A stretch of 64,000 nt of DNA from NCBI GenBank assembly GCA_026936335.1, contig JAPMXV010000016.1:124001-188000 (forward strand), in the 5' to 3' direction. The notes beneath the pieces were generated by a model that was not told the origin of the DNA, did not search any database, and saw only the letters and a list, made by a program, of their open reading frames with translations. Positions 59,470 through 64,000 of this stretch are shown here, piece after piece. The DNA comes from Mantamonas sphyraenae STR306 (Eukaryota; Protista; CRuMs). Position numbers and translations under genes: made by a program. The first letter of the stretch is position 1. The number at the start of each line of letters is the position of its first letter.

Positions 59470-61441
59470 TGCCAACAGCAGTGGAGACAGCAGTGGCAAC
59501 AGCTGGGTGCAGGATGGACAAGACTACTGCAAGGCCAAGTACAAGTACCAGGCAGCGAACGAGGGTGAGCTGTCGTTCAAGAAGGGACAAGTGATCCACG
59601 TGGTGCAGAAGCAGACGGACGACCCCGGGTGGTGGCTGGGTGAGTTGGAGTCAGGTGCACGCGGTGTGTTCCCAGAGACATACGCCAAGGATGTGAGTGT
59701 GGAGCAGGCACGCGAACTCGTGGGTGGCACAAGCACAGGGTCGTCGGGCAAGCCACAGGCAGCAGCATCGACAGCCAACAGTTGGGTGCAGGATGGCCAA
59801 GACTACTGCAAGGCCAAGTACAAGTACCAGGCAGCGAACGAGGGAGAGCTGTCGTTCAAGAAGGGCCAGGTGATCCACGTGGTGCAGAAGCAGACGGAAG
59901 ATCCCGGATGGTGGCTGGGCGAAGTGGAGTCGGGTGCACGTGGCTTGTTCCCAGAGACATACGCCAAGGATGTGAGTGTGGAGCAGGCACGCGAACTGGC
60001 AGGTGTGGCAGGATCGTCTGCATCGCCTGCCAAGTTGCAGGCAGCGGCATCGAATGCAAGCAGCTGGGTGCAGGATGGCCAAGACTACTGCAAGGCCAAA
60101 TTCAAGTACCAGGCAGCGAACGAAGGCGAACTGTCGTTCAAGAAGGGTCAGGTGATCCACGTGGTGCAGAAGCAGACGGAAGACCCCGGATGGTGGCTGG
60201 GCGAGGTGGAGTCCGGTGCACGCGGACTGTTTCCGCAGTCGTACATCAAGGATGTGAGTGTGGAGGATGCACGCGAGCTCGTGGGAGCGAGCACAGTAGC
60301 GTCCTCTGCGTCGTCGACATCACCTTCGAAGAGCAGCAGCAGCAGCAGTGGCAACAGCTGGGTGCAGGATGGACAAGACTACTGCAAGGCCAAGTACAAG
60401 TACCAGGCAGCGAACGAGGGTGAGCTGTCGTTCAAGAAGGGCCAGGTGATCCACGTGGTGCAGAAGCAGACGGAAGATCCCGGATGGTGGCTGGGCGAAG
60501 TGGAGTCGGGTGCACGTGGCTTGTTCCCAGAGACATACGCCAAGGATGTGAGTGTGGAGCAGGCACGCGAACTGGCTGGGACTGGCAACAGTGGTGGCAG
60601 CAGCAGCGGTGGCAAGGGAAAGGCGCCTGCGGTCACCGTGAGCAATGTGGTGATGGTGAAAGCCAAGTTTGAGTACCAAGCGACTGCGCCGGAAGAGTTG
60701 GGATTCGCAAAGGGCCAGCTGATTGAGGTTGTGCGCAAGGAGACAGAGGACCCAGGATGGATGGAAGGCACGTACACGGACGCCAACGGAACACAGCACC
60801 AAGGCCTGTTCCCAGCCACGTACATCAAGTATGTGGACAGCAGTGTGGCAAGCAGCCCGAAGCCCAAGAGCAGCGGAGGCGGAGGCGGCGCATCAGACAT
60901 GGAGTCGTTCATGATGGAGGTTGCTGGCAATGCAGGAGGAGGCAAGAAGAAGGGCAATCCGCTGCTGGGAGGCGGGTCGATGGCCAACAAGACCAAGGTG
61001 GTTCCTGCGGCACGTGCCAAGTATGCGTTTGCCGGCGGTGAAGAGGGTGATTTGTCGTTTGAAAAGGGAGACATCATCATTCTGGCCAGCAAAACGGAGC
61101 TGGAGAAGGACTGGGCAGAGGGAGAACTGAACGGCAAACGTGGACAGTTCCCAAGCAACTATGTGACGTATGTGGACAACCACACAGTGCCTGTGAACAG
61201 CAGCAGCGGGCGCAGCGCACGCACACGCTCATCGGCTCGCCAGCTGCCGTCGGTGCCGTTCCAGGCCAAGGTCAAAACGGCGTATTTTACGATTGCTTCG
61301 CACGAATTGCGTCTAGAGGTGGGCCAGGCCGTGACGGTGACTGGACTGGAGGACAAGACGGGTGTGCGCGGTGTGTGGGAAGGTGAGTGTGACGGCAAGT
61401 CGGGCCAATTTCCCAAGTCGTACGTTGTTGTGCAGCCATGA
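54650..61441 (+). CDS. Intronless 2263-aa scaffold with 17 SH3 domains, an N-terminal Cys/His motif and an HR1-like coiled coil
   Basis: 17 units of AxY/F..ELSFxKGD..GWW.G..G.FP.YV. N-terminus CSCEQFTPHAWKKGKCGDCFH. IKKKIQEQQKAKIAIESLRGMYADNP. Confidence 0.92.
58633..60576 (+). repeat. Recently duplicated SH3-coding units (one set of 3, one set of 4)
   Basis: Three near-identical cagtggac(g/a)gccaagg.. units (~58640, 58937, 59201) and four tgggtgcaggatgg.. units (~59504, 59783, 60065, 60359), separated by variable G/S/A linkers. Confidence 0.9.
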
Positions 61442-61549
61442 TGGAAAAAAATGAATGGAATGGTCAATCACCTTGTACGAAGCATGGTTTCCTCGTGAAG
61501 ACAGGGGAGGAATAGCCGCTCAGGCCAAGGTCAACATGGAAAAAGAAAA

Positions 61550-61622
61550 TGACCTCGACGGGGGTCGAACCCGTGACCTTTTCGGTGTAAACGAAACGCC
61601 CTAACCACTAGGCCACGAAGTC
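61550..61622 (-). tRNA. trnV: tRNA-Val(UAC)
   Basis: GACTTCG TGGCCTAGTGGTTAGGGCG TTTCG TT-TAC-AC CGAAA AGGTC ACGGG TTCGACC CCCGT CGAGGTC A folds into a cloverleaf. No encoded CCA. A T-run Pol III terminator follows. Confidence 0.96.
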
Positions 61623-61654
61623 GGGCTTGCTGGGAAAACAGAGCGCATTTGAAC

Positions 61655-64000
61655 ATGGAAAGCAGGTGCGAGAATCAGAGTCGCGACCGTGGCGGCAAAG
61701 CAACAAGGACGAAGCCGATGTCGAGCACGAGCACACGCGCGCCGTCGCCATTCAACGACGACGACCTGTTCAACTCGACATTCACATCGTACGCGAGCAC
61801 GCGGCCGTCGACGTCGAGTGGACGTGGGACACGTGAGTACTCACTGAGTGGCCTGGGCGGGCTGGGCTCGCCGTCGAGCACGGGCTCTGGCGTCGTGCAA
61901 CGGATGTCCAGCACCATGTCAGGCTCGGGCAGGAGTGGCACAGGACAACTGTCGCAGCAGCAGCCCCTGAGTGCAGCCATCCGCAACTCTGGCAGCCGTC
62001 GAACAAGCGGCAACGGAGGCGGCGGAAGCGGGTACGAGTCGAGCTACGCAGGAGTGGGCAGTGTGGGCAGTTCACGACCGTCGACGTCGCATCAACACCA
62101 GCACAGCAGTTTGCGAGCTTATGCCAACCAGCACAGGGAGTTATTTGACGCTGGGAGCGACTTTCAGGCCTTCAAGCGCGCCACAGCGCAAAATGGCGCT
62201 CAAAGCGGGTCGACGAACCGCAAGGGCAGCCGTGAGTCGAACGGCATCCGCGGAGACAACCTGTTTGCAGCGTCGTCGATGTATGCAGACGAGGATGGGT
62301 CGCAACGGACGAGCAGTGCGCCTGTGGCCGTGTTTGAGCGACCGGCGACGGCAAGCGGACGGTTTGCGGCAAGCAAGCAGCTGCGAGACGAGGCGTGGCG
62401 GGAGAGCAGCGAACGCTGGCGAGAGGACAAGGAGAGAGGCGAGGAGGAGGAACTGAGCCAAGAGATGGATCTGAATCAATTTGGAAGCACATCGCGTCGG
62501 CAACAGGCGTCGGGGAGGCGTGCAGGGAGCGCAGGAAGCGCAGGAAGCGCGGGAAGCAGCGGAAGCGTGGGACGGCCACAGACATCGTCAGGACGGCATC
62601 GAAGCTACGAAGAGAGCAGTGCAGGCTCATCACTGTTCTCTGCACCTTCGATTGAGTCGGTACAGGGACCAGGGTATGGTGATGACGAGGAGGCGGAGGA
62701 CGACGAGTTTGTCGGCTCGCAGACCGCCTCATCCAGCCGAGGACCCATGCGGGCAAGCAGTGGGGGACGCACACGAACACGACCAAACACAGGCGATGCA
62801 TCGTCAGGGACACGTCAACAACAACGAGGCGGACGAGAGGAGAGGCCGATTCGACCCGGGGTGGGTTCGGGGGGTGCCACATCGTGGGAGGAACTGTTGG
62901 AACGGGAACTGCAGCAGGAAAACAAGAAACTGAAGAAGCGACGTCCCATCTCGGCACCGGTGAAGAAGAAGCCACCCACACCCAAGAGTGCGGGAGGGAG
63001 TGGGAAGGCTCAGCAGGATGCAGGTGCAGGGGAAGGTGGTGGGGGCACACCAAAGAGCATGACAGCCACGTTTGCTGGCAGCAGTAGGAACCATCAGCAA
63101 CAACAGCAGAGGATGGCGACGGAAGCACGGCGCAACAGTGTGTCAGAGGTGATGGATCGAAAGGCGAAGCGGCAGCAGAGGATGAAGGAGGAAGAGATGG
63201 AGCTGGAAGAGTTCAAGGCGTTGGAGTTGACACTGGAGATGATGGAGACGAGCAGGGACGAGTCTGGGTTGGATGTGGATTCGCTGATGGAGTCAACACG
63301 GCGCACGGGGATGGTGAACGAAGCGGTGGTGGATTTGGAGCGCACGGTGGAAGAAGTGACGCAGTCGGAGGCATGGGTGCAGTCGTTGACACCCAACACA
63401 AGTGCACACACACACGAGGTGGCAGATTCCAGTGGGGACGAGGGACAGGCAGAGGAGGACGAGGACGAGGAGGAAGCCATCGAGGTGATCCATCCCATAG
63501 GGTACCAGGACAGGGCTGCAGTGAGGAACAGCCACAACCAGCAACACGTGGACATGTGGACCAGACCGTCGCTGGCACGGGAGCACAAGCAGCAATGGGG
63601 CGACGACCACGAAGACTATGGCGATGTGGACAAGGACGTGGACGATGATGAGGTGCAGTACGGGGATGCCAGGGATGAGGATGAGGATGACATCGAGGAA
63701 AGGATGCATGATGATGAGGATGATGAAGATGATGACGACGATGAAGATGAACACACGGAGAGGCAGCGGTATGGCGGTTGGCAGGAGGATGATGCTGACG
63801 AGGAGGAGGAGGAGGAGGGACACGAAACCACCACCAAGGCCATCATGCTGGATGAGTTTGATGGCGTGGCCACACCACCACGCAGCAAGATTGTCTCGAA
63901 GCTGTTTGGCAAAGGGCAGCAGCAGGGAGGGTCAGCCCCGGCAGCGGCCATGGGAGACACGCGCACAGAGGCACAGAGAGGCATCAACAAGGCTACATTG
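61655..64000 (+). CDS. Low-complexity S/G-rich then acidic protein, 3' truncated
   Basis: The frame from ATG 61655 (or 61718) appears open to the window end (MSSTSTRAPSPFNDDDLFN...). It is absent from the ORF track because no stop is reached. Confidence 0.65.
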   Translation, partial: MESRCENQSRDRGGKATRTKPMSSTSTRAPSPFNDDDLFNSTFTSYASTRPSTSSGRGTREYSLSGLGGLGSPSSTGSGVVQRMSSTMSGSGRSGTGQLSQQQPLSAAIRNSGSRRTSGNGGGGSGYESSYAGVGSVGSSRPSTSHQHQHSSLRAYANQHRELFDAGSDFQAFKRATAQNGAQSGSTNRKGSRESNGIRGDNLFAASSMYADEDGSQRTSSAPVAVFERPATASGRFAASKQLRDEAWRESSERWREDKERGEEEELSQEMDLNQFGSTSRRQQASGRRAGSAGSAGSAGSSGSVGRPQTSSGRHRSYEESSAGSSLFSAPSIESVQGPGYGDDEEAEDDEFVGSQTASSSRGPMRASSGGRTRTRPNTGDASSGTRQQQRGGREERPIRPGVGSGGATSWEELLERELQQENKKLKKRRPISAPVKKKPPTPKSAGGSGKAQQDAGAGEGGGGTPKSMTATFAGSSRNHQQQQQRMATEARRNSVSEVMDRKAKRQQRMKEEEMELEEFKALELTLEMMETSRDESGLDVDSLMESTRRTGMVNEAVVDLERTVEEVTQSEAWVQSLTPNTSAHTHEVADSSGDEGQAEEDEDEEEAIEVIHPIGYQDRAAVRNSHNQQHVDMWTRPSLAREHKQQWGDDHEDYGDVDKDVDDDEVQYGDARDEDEDDIEERMHDDEDDEDDDDDEDEHTERQRYGGWQEDDADEEEEEEGHETTTKAIMLDEFDGVATPPRSKIVSKLFGKGQQQGGSAPAAAMGDTRTEAQRGINKATL

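Overview
Gene-dense, GC-rich nuclear DNA from a unicellular eukaryote, probably a flagellate, given the Sfi1-repeat, WDR49/EFCAB8-like and SANBR genes. No CRISPR, rRNA or mobile element is visible. I can build about 23 protein genes with short GT-AG introns plus one tRNA-Val(UAC). Confident calls: SANBR, DCAF11-type WD40, SOAT/ACAT, SERCA, Ran, NAPRT, TTC39, TBC1D22, EMC5, GOSR1, Sec14 and a C2-AGC kinase. The most interesting items are: (1) an intron-split, alphaproteobacterial-type YlxR/RnpM (DUF448) gene that the ORF track breaks up; (2) an insect gustatory-receptor-like 7TM channel; (3) an Hsp70/90-clamp TPR fused to DCAF11; (4) a ~3,500-aa fibre protein with 11 x 77-aa coiled-coil repeats and Sfi1 repeats in a 33-33-25 super-period; (5) a 17-SH3 scaffold; (6) 20 of 21 complete genes ending in TGA; (7) an 18-nt SERCA micro-exon; and (8) CA-rich 3' splice sites. 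All family assignments come from recognising motifs by eye. No database search was run.
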